From Vicugna vicugna (Eukaryota): a stretch of 64,000 nucleotides of DNA. The notes under the pieces are model-generated. The model worked only from the letters and a program-made list of their open reading frames with translations, had not been told where the DNA came from and did no database searches. The DNA is taken from assembly GCA_013265495.1 (NCBI GenBank), contig MU057781.1:1302001-1366000 (forward strand), in the 5' to 3' direction. Of the stretch, positions 45,639 through 57,030 are shown piece by piece (the stretch's first letter is position 1; each line of letters opens with the position of its first letter). Made by a program: the position numbers and the translations under genes.

Positions 45639-47798
45639 CAGGAGACCTCGCTTCGCTGTGCTTTGCAGAGACTGCGTTTCGTACAAACTGAAGGTTTACG
45701 GCAGCCCCGCGTCGAGCGAGTCTGCCGGTGCCATGTTCCCAACAGCACTGGCCCACTTTGTGTCTCTGTGTCACATTTTGGTGATTCTCACAATATTTCA
45801 AGCTTTTTATGACGATGATACCATGGTGGTGATCTGTGATCGGTGACCTTTAATGTTACTATTGTAATTGCTTGATGGCAGATTTAATGGATGAATGCTG
45901 TGTGCTCTGACCGCTTCCCCACCTGCTGTTCCCCGTCTCTCTCCCCCTCCCCCGGCCTCCCTCTTCCCTGAGACACAATATGGAAATTAGGCCAGTTTAC
46001 AGCCCTGCAGTGGCCTCCGCATGTTCATGTGAAAGGAAGAGTCGCAGGCCTCTCACTTTAAGTCCAAAGCTCGAAGCGGCCAAGCGCAGTGAGGAAGGCC
46101 CGTTGAAAGCAAGACGGGCCGGAAGCTGGGACCCGAGCCGAAGGCAGAGGAAGAGTTCATGAGGGAGACCGAAGTGCCCCCGCAGTGAGCACACGCGTGG
46201 CGAGAAGGCAAAGCGGCCCTGCTGCTGACGGAGGGGGCTGAGCATCCGGATGGGCACCAGACCGCCCGCCCGGCATTCCCCGAAGCCAAAGCCCAGCCCG
46301 GAGCAAGACCCCCGCTGAGTCTGTGACGGCGGCGGAGAGGGGAGGAAGCCGCAGAAGGAGACTCTGAAGCCGGCAGAGGCGGGTCCTTGAGGTTCAAGGA
46401 GAGACTGTCCCCAGGACGTCGCAGTGCAGGTGGAGCAGCCGGCAGCGGTGGAGGAGCTGCAGTGAGTCACACCGGAGACCCGGCTCCCGTGGTTCGCGAA
46501 GGTGCTCCTCTAGACAGCAGAGAATCGAGGAGGCGCAGCAGCCTTCTGCTGGAGGACGCCGCCGCCCCGGATTCACAGCTGGAGAGGAGGACTCGGCGCC
46601 CGGCCTCACAGCTTCAAGGACAGGCTGGCTCTCTTGTCAGGGGCGCATGCGGCCGGTGACTTAAGGCTGAAGCCAGTGCTCATTTACCTTCTGCAGATCC
46701 CGGGGGCTTTAAGAATTGTGCCGAACCGACTCTGCCTGTGCTCTGTGCATGGGCCAGCNNNNNNNNNNNNNNNNNNNNNNNNNNNNNNNNNNNNNNNNNN
46801 NNNNNNNNNNNNNNNNNNNNNNNNNNNNNNNNNNNNNNNNNNNNNNNNNNNNNNNNNNNNNNNNNNNNNNNNNNNNNNNNNNNNNNGTCACCCCAGAGCC
46901 CTGACGGGACGCTCAGCGCCATTACCGTTGTCCCCGGGCTTTCCTGTAACACTGCGCCCACTCTGCCGCCTGTGGATCCAGGAGGCATTGTGACTTTCAA
47001 GTCTTACGAGTTAAGAAATGTGTTTCGTAGGACTGCAGCTGCTGTAGACAGCGGCCCCTCAGAGGGATCGGGCAGGGGCAATGGAAAACCTTCTGGGACG
47101 GGTTGCACATATGCCAGCAGGTGCATCCGTGATTCCCGGGAAGAGGTCAAAACGACGTGAGCAGGACTTTCGAAGAAGTGGACTCCAGCCCTCCTGGGGG
47201 TGGGGCTGCTTTGCTGCAAACTCACGGTAAAACTTTAATGGATGGGAAGTTGCTTCTCGCGGGTGAACAAAGTGGTTTCTTGAGATGGAACCTACTCTTG
47301 GTCAAGATGCTGCGAAGCTCGTTGACACGACAACAGAGGATTCAGACATAAACGTAGCAGATGACGCAGCGGCAGAGTGCGAGGGGCCGGACCCCAGCTC
47401 GGACGGGCGTCTGCTGTGGCCCAGTGCCATCAGACAGCACTGCGCGTGCAGAGAAACCGCTCACGAAAGGGAGAGCCGGCTGATGTGGCTGGTTCAGTGT
47501 TGTCTTACTTGAAAAATGTGCCGCCCCAGCCTTCAGCAGCCACCACGCTGGTTTGTCAGCAGCCGTCAGCACCAGGACAAGCCCCTCCAGCAGCAGAAAG
47601 ATACCGAGTCGCTGAAAGCCCAGATGATGGTGAGCACTTCTTAGACGTGAGGTTACCGCACACCGAACAGACCGCAGGAGAGCGCAAGCATGACTTCTGC
47701 ACCCACTCGAACCAGAACCTCTGTGTGACTCGCTTTATGACAAGCCTCACTTTGCTGCGGTGTCTGGAACTGGACTCACGGTGTCTCAGGGTGTCCCG
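45639..47798 (+). mobile_element. Near-full-length Tigger1 (TcMar) DNA transposon with a disrupted transposase
   Basis: Both ends recognisable (caggagacctcg... and ...cagggtgtcccg). ORF pieces SCERKSRRPLTLSPKLE, AAGDLRLKPVLIY, HPRAL, VDPGGIVTFKSYELRN and LLQTHGKTL match the recalled Tigger1 transposase but lie in different frames. Confidence 0.9.
46759..46886. other. Assembly gap (128 N) inside Tigger1
   Basis: Run of N. Confidence 0.99.
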
Positions 47799-48139
47799 AG
47801 CACGCGGCTGGGGGAGCTCTCAAAGCTGAACACCCCTGGAACCTGCACCCAGAGTGACGCAGAGCATGGCTGAGTCACGTGGCGAGTGGTCGGTGACTCT
47901 CCCCGGCTTCCCTGTTGTTTCCCCCGCATGCAAGCAGGTCGTCCTCTCCTGGGTCAGCCGAGTTGGAAATACCAGTCAGAGATGAAATGGAAACTGCTCC
48001 GTTTATACGGCAACCGCAGCTGCAGAAAGCGGGGCAGACACAGCAGGGAGGGCTGTACTGCAAACTGGACCACGGCGCTGAAGACGCGGAAACAGGACAC
48101 CAGAAAACGCGGCGACCGGCCCTGGCCCTACACCAAGTA

Positions 48140-51100
48140 TTCTTCCCGGCGTTGCGGAGGCAGAATTGACATCTTCTGTGTGAGTTTAAGGCCTGCGACC
48201 TGATGGCTCCATACACATGTGTATTTCGGAACTGTCTCCGCGGGGGGGCTGGGCGGCACCCCAGCACCATCCCCGTCACTGATCAGCGCCGCTTGGGTCG
48301 TGGGGACCTTCACGTCTGCTCTCTCAGCAGCTCGCAAGTGTCCGTGCGGTGCTGTTAACTGCAGTCACCGTGCTGTTCATCAGATGCCAAGAACTCACTC
48401 ATCTTGTGATTGGGAGTCTGTGTCCTTTGTCCCCGACCCCCCACCCCCCAACCCCCAGCAACCTCCACCCTGCTCTCTGTCTCTAGGAGTTCAGCTTCTT
48501 CAGGTCCCACCCCTAAGTGGGATCACACAGTGTGTCTTTCTCTGTCTGACTTACCTCACTTAGCACAACGCCCTCAAGGGCCGTCCTTCTTCCCGTGGCT
48601 GAGTAACGGTCCCCCGTGTGTGTGTGCGTGTGCCACGTCCTTCATGCATTCATCCCAAGACAGGCACTTCTTGGCCTCCGTGCGTTGTGCGGGGAGCCAG
48701 GGGCCCAGGCGTCTCTTCCGGATCCTGATTTCCTTTCCTTCCAACACAGACACACGGAAGGGGGATTGCTGGCTTGTACAGCAGCTCTGTTTCTAACTTT
48801 CTGAGGAACCTCCGTACTGTTTTCCACAGCGGCTGCACCGGTCTGCGTTCCCCCCTGCAGTGCGCAAGGGTCCCTTCCCCACGTCCTCACCAGCACTCGT
48901 CGTGGGCTGTCTTCCTGGTGACAGCGTTCTGACAGGTGCGAGGTGCCAGCTCACTGTGGTTTTGATTTGCATTCCCTGATGACGAGTGATGTTGAGCATC
49001 TTTTCTTGTGCCTGTTGTTCAGCTGTGTGTCTTCTTGGAAAAGAAGTCTTGGGAAATGTTCTTGGGGAATATTTCTTGGGAAAATGCCTATTCAATTCCT
49101 CTGCCCGTTTTTTAATCAGATTTTTTTTTTTTGCTATTGCATGAGTTCTTTATAAGTCTTGGGTGTTAACTCCCTATGAGACGGATGGTTTGCCCATGTT
49201 TTTCTCCCGTTCCATAGGCCGCCCTTCCATTTTGTTAGTTGTCTCCTTTTTTGCCATGCAGAGGCCCTTCGGTTTGCGGTAGCCCCATTTTTTTTTGAGT
49301 GCCTGTGCTTGTGTCACATCCAAAAGCTCGTTGCCAAGGCCAGTGTCAAGGAGCTTTTCCCTGAGGCTTACGGTTTTCAGGTCTTATGTTTAAGTCCTTA
49401 ATCCATTATGAGTCAATTTTTGTGAGTGGTGTAAACAGAGGCCCAGTTTCATCCTTCGTGCGTGGCTGTCCATGTTCCCAGCACCGTGTGCTGAGGACTG
49501 TCCTCTCCCTTCCGGCACTCCTGGCCCCCTGGCACAGACTGGTCGACTGGTGTGCTCGGGTTTATTTCTGGGCCCTGGGCTCTGCTCCGCCGGCCTGCGT
49601 GACTGTCACTATGCCCGGACCACCCTGGTTTGATCGCCGTAGCTGTGTGGAGCGCGACGCCTCCAGCTTTGTTCTGTCCCAGGACTGCTGTGGCTGCGAG
49701 CCGTCTTCTGTGGCCCCACACGCACGTTAGGACTGTTGTTCCTGTGTCTGTGGAAGCGCCGCAGGCGTGCTGAGAGGGGCTGTGTTCACTCTGCAGACTG
49801 AACGGGTCGTCAGTCTAACAACACTAACTCCTCCGGCCCAGGAGCAGGGGTGTCGGTCCGTTTATTTGTGTCTTCTTCAGCTTCTCTCAACAAGGTCTTC
49901 TGCTTCTCAGGGTGCAGACCTTTCACCTCCTCGGTTAAATTTATTCCTACATATTTTTATTATTTTGGTGCTGTTGTGAGTGGGATTGTTTCATTTCCTT
50001 TTTAGGTATTTCATTGTTAATGGATAGAAATGCAACTAATTTCGTTTTTGTTTTATTTTTTTAAATTTTGGGGGGAGGAGGTAATTGGGGTGATTGATTG
50101 GTTGATTTTAGCGGGGGCACTGGAGATTGAACCCAGGACCTCCCACATGCTAATTAGCCTGTGCTCTACCCCCGAGCTACGCCCACCCCCATGAAACGCA
50201 ACCGATTTCTGTATGCTGAGTTCGTATCCTGGAATTTCACTGAATCTGTTGACTAGTTCTCAAAGGTTTGGGGTGGAATCCAGGATTTTCTATACACAGG
50301 ATCACATCACGTGCAAATAGAGGTGATTTTATTTCTTCACGTCGAGCCTGGATGCCTTTCAACTTCCTTTCCTTGCCTCGCTGCTCTGCCTGGGACCTGC
50401 AGTGCCGTGCCGAGTAGAGGTGCTGAGAGGGGGCGTCCGGGCCTGGTTCTGACTTCGGAGGAAACGCTTCCGCCCGGTCGCCGCGGGGGACGAGGCCGGC
50501 TCTGGGCTCGTCCCGCGTGGCCTTTGCCGTGTGCAGCTGCGTTCCTTCTGTTCTCCGCTTGCTGAGGTCTCATCGTGAAAGGACGCTGAACTTGGCCAGG
50601 CCTTTTCTGCTTCTCTTGAGATAATCAGGATTTTCACCTTTTATTCTATTAACATGGTGAATCACAGTGATTGATTTGCACATGTTGCACCATCTTTGCA
50701 TCCCAGGGACCAACCCCGCTTGACCCTGGTGTAGGGTCCTGCCAGTGAACTTGTGAATTCAGTTTGCTCACACTCTGTCGGGGACTTTCACATGCGTGTT
50801 CATCAGGGACCCTGGCCTGCCGCTTTCTTGTGCTTCTTGTGCTGGCTTTGACATCAGCGTAGTGCTGGCCTCGTGAGTTTGGGAGTGTTCCCTATTCAGT
50901 TTTTTGGAAGAATTTGAGAAGGATTGGCATTAATTTTCTTTAAACGTTTGGTAGAGTTCACCCATGAAGTCATCTAGTCCTGGGTTTTCCTTTGTTGGGA
51001 GGTTTTTGATTACGGATTTAATCTCTTTACGTGTAATAGTCTGTTCAGATTATTTCTTCGTGGTTCAGTCTTGGTAGCTTGTATGTTTCTAGGAGTGTGT

Positions 51101-51270
51101 CCGCTCTTCCCAGGTTACCCAGCTTCCTGGTGTGTAAACAGTCGTCCCTTACGATCCTTTGTGTTTCTGTGCTACCAGCTGTAATGTCTCCATTCTCTTT
51201 GTCGATTTTATTTATGAGCCCTCTCTTTTCTCCTTCGTTAGTCCAGCTAAAGGGTCTGCAAGCCACACAG
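48140..51270 (-). mobile_element. About 3-kb antisense L1 (L1MA-like 3' UTR plus degraded ORF2)
   Basis: Minus ORFs [41 protein letters not shown] and LLETYKLPRLNHEEI are L1 ORF2 motifs. Confidence 0.85.
50044..50190 (-). mobile_element. tRNA-derived SINE (camelid Vic-1-like) inserted into the L1
   Basis: Reverse strand reads ggggtgggcgtagctcgggggtagagc...gtcctgggttcaatctccagtgcc...A-tail; flanked by a diverged TSD gaaatgcaactaatttc (50027-50043) / gaaacgcaaccgatttc (50193-50209). Confidence 0.85.
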
Positions 51271-51789
51271 AGGTCTCTGCCTCTTACGTGACCCAGTCCC
51301 ACAGCTCCCGCAGAGGGACTCCTGCTGTGGCCGAGGTGGGGTGCACACGAGGGACGCGCGTCTTGCTGTTGTCCTGAGTATCTTACCGTGTATGAGGTTG
51401 GTCTTTCTGAGATTCTGCAGCGTCAGTGCTGTTAAAATAAAATCCCACCCATTTTTTAAACTGGGATAGGAGAACGAATTTTTTTTTTAAAACCTGACAA
51501 ATGTGAAAATAATCAAACCTTTTGGGGAGAAAATGAAAGGCATGTCCTCCAGGTGTGGTAATGCACCCTGAAGGTACCACAGCTGAAGTAGCGCAGTCTG
51601 GACAGAGGGAGAGAAACACAGACCCGCGTAAGGAGGAGGAGAGGCCAGCAGTGCCGGGGCCCCCAGGGGACCTGACAGCCGCATGGGTGGGGTTCAGGGC
51701 GGACGGAGGGTGGTGCCGGGGCCAGGGGCTCTCCACTAGAAGGGACAAACCCAGATCCCATGGCGCACCAGCTCAAAGATTCCAAATGG

Positions 51790-52160
51790 CTTAGAGCTAG
51801 ATACTTACAAATTATAAAACACATTGGAAGAAACAGGAGTAAGCTGTTTTTATCGTCTTGGGCTGGGGAAGGTCCTCCTAAGACGCCAGTGCAGGAAAAA
51901 CATTATCCAATTTCATGTGCTGAACTTTAGACACTAGGATTTTTGAATATCAAAAGGCACCGAACAAAGTCAAAGGTAAATGAGAGAACGTCTGTGTGAC
52001 ACACGACCAGGGTCAGCCCCCTCAAGAGCCGAGAGTGCGTGCGCCCCCAAAGGCAGTGTCTGGGTGTGCACGGAGAGGAGAAACTGAAACAGCGCAGAGA
52101 GGAGCAGATGCTGGTCACATTCATACCCACAGGAACACAAATCAACACGAGACCCGGTGA
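51790..52160 (+). mobile_element. Old L1 ORF2 3' fragment
   Basis: ataaaacacattggaagaaacaggagtaagc...gtcttgggctggggaagg...atcaaaaggcaccgaacaaagtcaaagg. Confidence 0.5.
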
Positions 52161-53068
52161 TGAGGGAGCTGCAGAAACCTGGGGTGGGGGGTCGTACACA
52201 TGCTGGGATCCGCCCGTTCCTACCAAGGAAGTGGGCCACCCGCTTGCTGGGACTTGTTGGGACTGAGCCTCGTGGACACAACGTGGATGCACACAGACCT
52301 CCACGTGAGGACGTCCCAGGAAGTACTGGTCACGACAGCAACACGTGGGCACTGCCCTGAGAGGCAAGGGGACAGACCGCCACCCCGGAGACAGACCCTG
52401 GCAGAGACAGGTCTGGAGAGGGGCGCCTCGGCCCGTTCCCTGTGAAAACCAAACAGCCCTGGAACCCCAGCAGCAGCGGGAGGCAGGACGGTCCAGACGG
52501 GTCACGAGGCCACCTAGGGAGAGTCGGGCCAGCAGGGACCCCACCACTGAGCCGTGCTGGGTCCCGCCCTCCATGCAGTCTGTTGACCCTGCACCAGGGT
52601 GGGCCCAGGGCTGGAGGGGGAGACTCACCGGTTGGGGGATGGGGGGAGCGGCCATCGGGGACCTGCCTCCCCGGAGCCACACGGCCCAGGGCTCTCCCCT
52701 GTCCCAGCAGAGCAGCCACACTCTCACCTGCACAAATAGAAAAATCCTGAATTTCAAAACGTTTTTTGAAGCATACACCTGAGAAAGAGAGTCAGGGCAG
52801 GTGCGGGGAGAGGGCCTGACCCCAGGAGTCTGGGTTGGTACAGCGGGGCCAGCACTGGCCCCAGACGTGAAGAGGGGTGAGGCCCCCGGGAATCAGCGCG
52901 CCACTGCGCGGGGCGGGGTGGGGGGCGCTGCCTCAGCCCGCTTCCCCCTGCAGAGAGCAGGTGTGGTCCCCAGAAGCTCAGTCCCTGGCCCCCAGGAGCA
53001 GCGGTGTGCGGGCACAGGCGCCACCGTGGGGGCCACGGCCCCCGCCCACCAGCTCTTTGGCGCCGCAG

Positions 53069-53215
53069 GCTCACATCTACTCTCTGGGCGCCACGCTGAA
53101 GGCAGCCCTCGAGTACGTGACGGAGCCCGAGCCCGAGCCCCAGCTAAGCCAAGACCTGGAGGCGCTGCTGGGCCGGATGCAGGCGGAGGACCCCGGAGAC
53201 CGGCCGGACCTCCAG
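53069..53215 (+). CDS. KNDC1: KNDC1 exon 4 (147 nt)
   Basis: gccgcag|GCTCAC...CTCCAG|gtacgc; AHIYSLGATLKAALEYVTEPEPEPQLSQDLEALLGRMQAEDPGDRPDLQ. Confidence 0.97.
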
Positions 53216-53567
53216 GTACGCTGGCAGGCCGCCCCACCGCACCCACGGAGGAGGCCCGAGGCCCCCCGGCCCCTGACGCCCCTGGGCACGCGCACGCACA
53301 CGGGCCCTGCCCCCCGCCCCGCCCCATCCCCCCGCCCGTGGGCTCCTCACTCAGGCCCTGGTGGCCCTGCGTTTTGTTTAAATGTGGGCTTGACTTTACT
53401 ATTTATTTCTGCTGTGAAGAGGTTGGCGTTATCACTGTCACGGGCGGAACAGAGCCCGCCGGCAGTCTGTAAGCCCAGGACGCCAGCTTCGGTGCACCTG
53501 ACGGGGCGGGTGGGGGCGCCGGCTCCCGGGAGGGCGGCGGAGCTGAGCCGCTGGCGCCCGTGTGCAG

Positions 53568-53685
53568 AGCATCATCGCGCTGTGCGAGGAGAAGATGCAG
53601 TTCACGTCCTCCTGCCGCCTGTGCCGCAGCCTCTCGGCCGCCGGGAGGAGGGTGCTCTCCATCGAGTCCTTCGGGGCGTTTCAAG
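53568..53685 (+). CDS. KNDC1: KNDC1 exon 5 (118 nt), end of KIND1
   Basis: gtgtgcag|AGCATC...TTTCAAG|gtaagc; SIIALCEEKMQFTSSCRLCRSLSAAGRRVLSIESFGAFQ. Confidence 0.96.
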
Positions 53686-54897
53686 GTAAGCTCATGCGTG
53701 GGCATGCTCGCACACGGGCGCACACACAGACTCGCATGCGTGTGCAAGTGTGAGTGTGCACAGACATGAGCACGATCCCATCCCCTCGTGTTCACGCCGG
53801 TGCGCTCACAGACCAGGTGACTCACACACGCACGTGCACACGTACTGAACAGATCCCGTGCGCCTCCACACACGAACATCCACCTACGGGCAAACCCGTA
53901 CGCCTGCTCAGGCTGCACACTCGTGCACAGGCAGCACGCGCTCGCCCTGTCCAACACGCGCTCGCCCTGTCCGACACACACACAGCACAGTGGAGGCGAG
54001 GGGAGGTCCTCTCGGGAAGGGGCTGCTCTCAGACTGGCCATGCCTGTCTTAGTCTGTGGACGTCTGGGTATGTGGACCCGCAACGTTTCACCGTCGTCCC
54101 GCCCCCAACACCCCATTTACGTCCCCACCGCACAAGCTGTTTGCTGAAGCGTCTGGGATTTTCACGGCTCCCGTGGCATAATCTTGGGTGGCATTTTGAG
54201 TAAATGGCAGCATGTGTTCGGGGCTGTGCCCGCAGCACGGAGCTTGGAGGACCCCCCGGGAGGCGTGGAGCCTCCAAGCGGAGGCAGGGTCCCCCGCCAG
54301 CCAGCGGCGCTTCCCACCAGTCAGTGTTGGTGACACTGCAGCATGAGGGGCGCTGGCTTGGGTCCAACAGCAGGGAAGGTGTTGGCGCAGAGGCGCCGCG
54401 GAAGGGGCTGCAGGCCACCGGGCCGGTCTGTGTGTCTCTAGGGCGGTTGACACAGACGTGTGTGGAAGACTGTGCGCCAGGATGGGGTGGGGCTGCAGCC
54501 AGATTTAATGTATTCCTCTGGGGAGTATCGCTGTTGTGACTGTAACAGTGGAATGATGTGCTTTTTGGATGAGATAATTAGACCGGCCTTAGGAAACCCC
54601 AGTGGGGAGCTCTGCCGGGTCGGAGGAAGGGGAGGAGGCCCAGCGGCCTTCTGGGACTAGTTAATTACCCAAGATTGTGCAATTAAGGAGCAGATGAGGA
54701 CGTTTCCGGGGTGGGACTGAGGGAAGGGGTGGGGGCCCTGGGAGGCCCCCGTGCTCGGGGTCTCGGGTGGTGGGTGAGGATCCGGGGGTCCTGCAGGAGC
54801 TGGGGTCATTAGTGGTCCTGAACCCCGCGGAACTAGCAGGGGGAGGCCCATCCTGGCAGTGGCCCTGGGCAGTAATCACTGTTCTGCTTTTGTCCAG

Positions 54898-55610
54898 ATG
54901 TTAGTGAGAGTACCTGGAGGGGGAGACTTGCTCCAAGAACTGTGGGGCCCAAGAGGCAGCCCGGAGACCACTCCTCGGACCCAGAGGCCCTGCCTGCCCC
55001 AGAGGGCCTGCCCCAGACCCCGGCCCGAGAAAACCCGGAGCGCCCTGGGACCCCACCATCCAAGCCTCTGCTATCGACCCCTGTGAGAAACGGAGAATGC
55101 CCGGGTCAGGAGGGGCTGGCCCCGGAGAGGCTGGCCTGCCTGGTCCTGGACACCCAGCGCCCTCTGGGTGACCTGGACGGAGGCTTCCTGGAGAGGAGTC
55201 ACCTGCGGAAAGTGCAGACACTCCCCCGGCTCCCGCCAGACGGTCCTGAGGCCGGCACCCTCTGCCTGTCGCCGATTGGTGCCCAAAACCAGCCGCCCAC
55301 ACGTGATTGCCTCCCTCCAGACCCGACGGAGGCCTGTCCAGAGGGGAAAAAAGGCCTTTCCAGCTTCCAGACACAGCCGGAGTCCAGACTGTGGCCAGAG
55401 CGAGAGCCTGAGCTCCAGCGGGGAGGGGCCCGGGGCGAGGGCTGCAGCAGGGACAGGGGGCTTGGGGCGCCCGTTCAGGGCCCCGCGGAGGAATGCCCCT
55501 CGCCCGCTTCCGAGGACACACGAGCTGCAGGCCGAGACCCAGGGACTCCCAAGGCTGGTGACGGGATTCCAGACGGAGCCTGGGAGCCGGGAAGTACAGC
55601 CACGGAGCAG
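54898..55610 (+). CDS. KNDC1: KNDC1 exon 6 (713 nt), Pro/Gly-rich inter-KIND linker
   Basis: ttttgtccag|ATGTTAGTG...GAGCAG|gtgagt; (D)VSESTWR...LLSTPVRNGE...LRKVQTLPRL...ATEQ; open frame, phase 1 in and phase 0 out. Confidence 0.93.
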
Positions 55611-56139
55611 GTGAGTGACTGGGATCCACAAGGCGGGGGAAGGGCCAGCACACGCACACAAGCCCCCCGCTGCTCCACGAGGAAGGCGGTCTCAGCCTTC
55701 ACTCCTTCTTTACAAGTTTTAAGAGCTGTTCTGAAGGGAGCTGCAAATGGGGCTTGCTGTGCCCCTGGCGTGGCTCCAGGCCTGAGCCCCCGACCCCATC
55801 TCCCGGAGGGCAGCGCCCTCTTCGGCCCCGCAGCTGCCGGAACCAAGCGCTTCTCTGCTGGGTTAGTTTATCTTCCAAAGACGTGCAGGGAGCAGCCTTC
55901 CAGGAGGGCTCCGGGCCCCGCTTCCTCTTCTAACTTTAAGTTAGAAACTAAGACTGTGGGTTGAGGTTGCTCACCTGTCCAGCTCGGTACCTGGGTGAGA
56001 GTCGCCAGGAGGCCTTGGCGCACTGCATCCTCAGCCAGCTGGGGTTTTGTGCAGCTGCCTGGACAGGGTCTCCCCAGGGGATGGCCTCAAAGTGGCAAGA
56101 ACTCCTTTCCAGCTGAACTCTTTCTTCTGAGTCCTAGAC

Positions 56140-56760
56140 TTTTGTGGGGGAGAGGGTACACGGAACAGAAAGTTTATCATCGTAACAGTTTCGAGCGTGC
56201 GGGTCAGTGGCATCAGGTGCATTCACACTGTTGTGCCACTGTCACCACTGCCATCTCTAGAACCTTCTCGTCTTCCCAGACGTCAGCTCCTCGTTCCCCT
56301 CCACCAGCCCTGGTGACCTCTAATCTGCTCTCTGTCTCTGGATTTGACTACTCTCCATCTTCGCCATAAGAAGAACATTGAGCACTTTTTCCCTTGTGAT
56401 GGTTTGTCTCATTGACTACCGTGTCCTCAGGGCACATCCATGTTGTTGCAGGCGTCAGCATTCCCTTCTTTTTAAAGCTGAATGTCGTCTGTCATCTGTC
56501 TGGACCACATAATGCTAATCCAGCCATCCACCAGCAGGCACCTGGGTTGCTTCCACATTTTAGCTGTTATGAATCACGCTGCTTTGAACACGCGTGTGCA
56601 GGTGTGTCTTCAAGACTGCTCTGAAGTGGAATTGCTGGATCAGATGGGAATTCTGTGTTTAACTTTTTCAGGATCCCCCAGACTGTTTTCCACGCAGCTG
56701 CACCATTTTACATTCCCACCAGCCGAGCACAGGGCTCTGGTTTCTCCACACCCACCCCCG
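56140..56760 (-). mobile_element. L1MB-like 3' end, antisense
   Basis: cagtggcatcaggtgcattcacactgttgtgcc...ttgcttccacattttagctgttatgaat...gaattgctggatcagatgg...ccattttacattcccaccagc. Confidence 0.8.
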
Positions 56761-56915
56761 GCTGGGTGCTGTTCTGATGCAGGGGCTTTCCCCACCTGCT
56801 GCGCCGGGAGTGGGCTGCGTGGGGGGTATATCTCACCAGAGTGGTCCGCACCCTGTCGCCTTCCTCTGTAAATCCTCCCGAGGACCCCCACACTGAATGT
56901 GGCTTTCCCCGCCAG

Positions 56916-57030
56916 GGCGTCTCCCTGCAGGAACTCCTGTCTAAGCTGGGCCGGCCCTTCAAGGAGTATGAGCTGTGGGCTCTGTCCCACGCGTGCCTCA
57001 GCACCCTGCGAACGCACAGCGAGCACCCAG
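56916..57030 (+). CDS. KNDC1: KNDC1 exon 7 (115 nt), start of KIND2
   Basis: ttccccgccag|GGCGTC...CACCCAG|gtgaca; GVSLQELLSKLGRPFKEYELWALSHACLSTLRTHSEHP. Confidence 0.95.

Noticed and set aside
45980-47512. Domesticated TIGD-like transposase gene
   Set aside because: The transposase motifs fall in several different frames with stops, and terminal repeats are still present, as expected for a decayed Tigger1.
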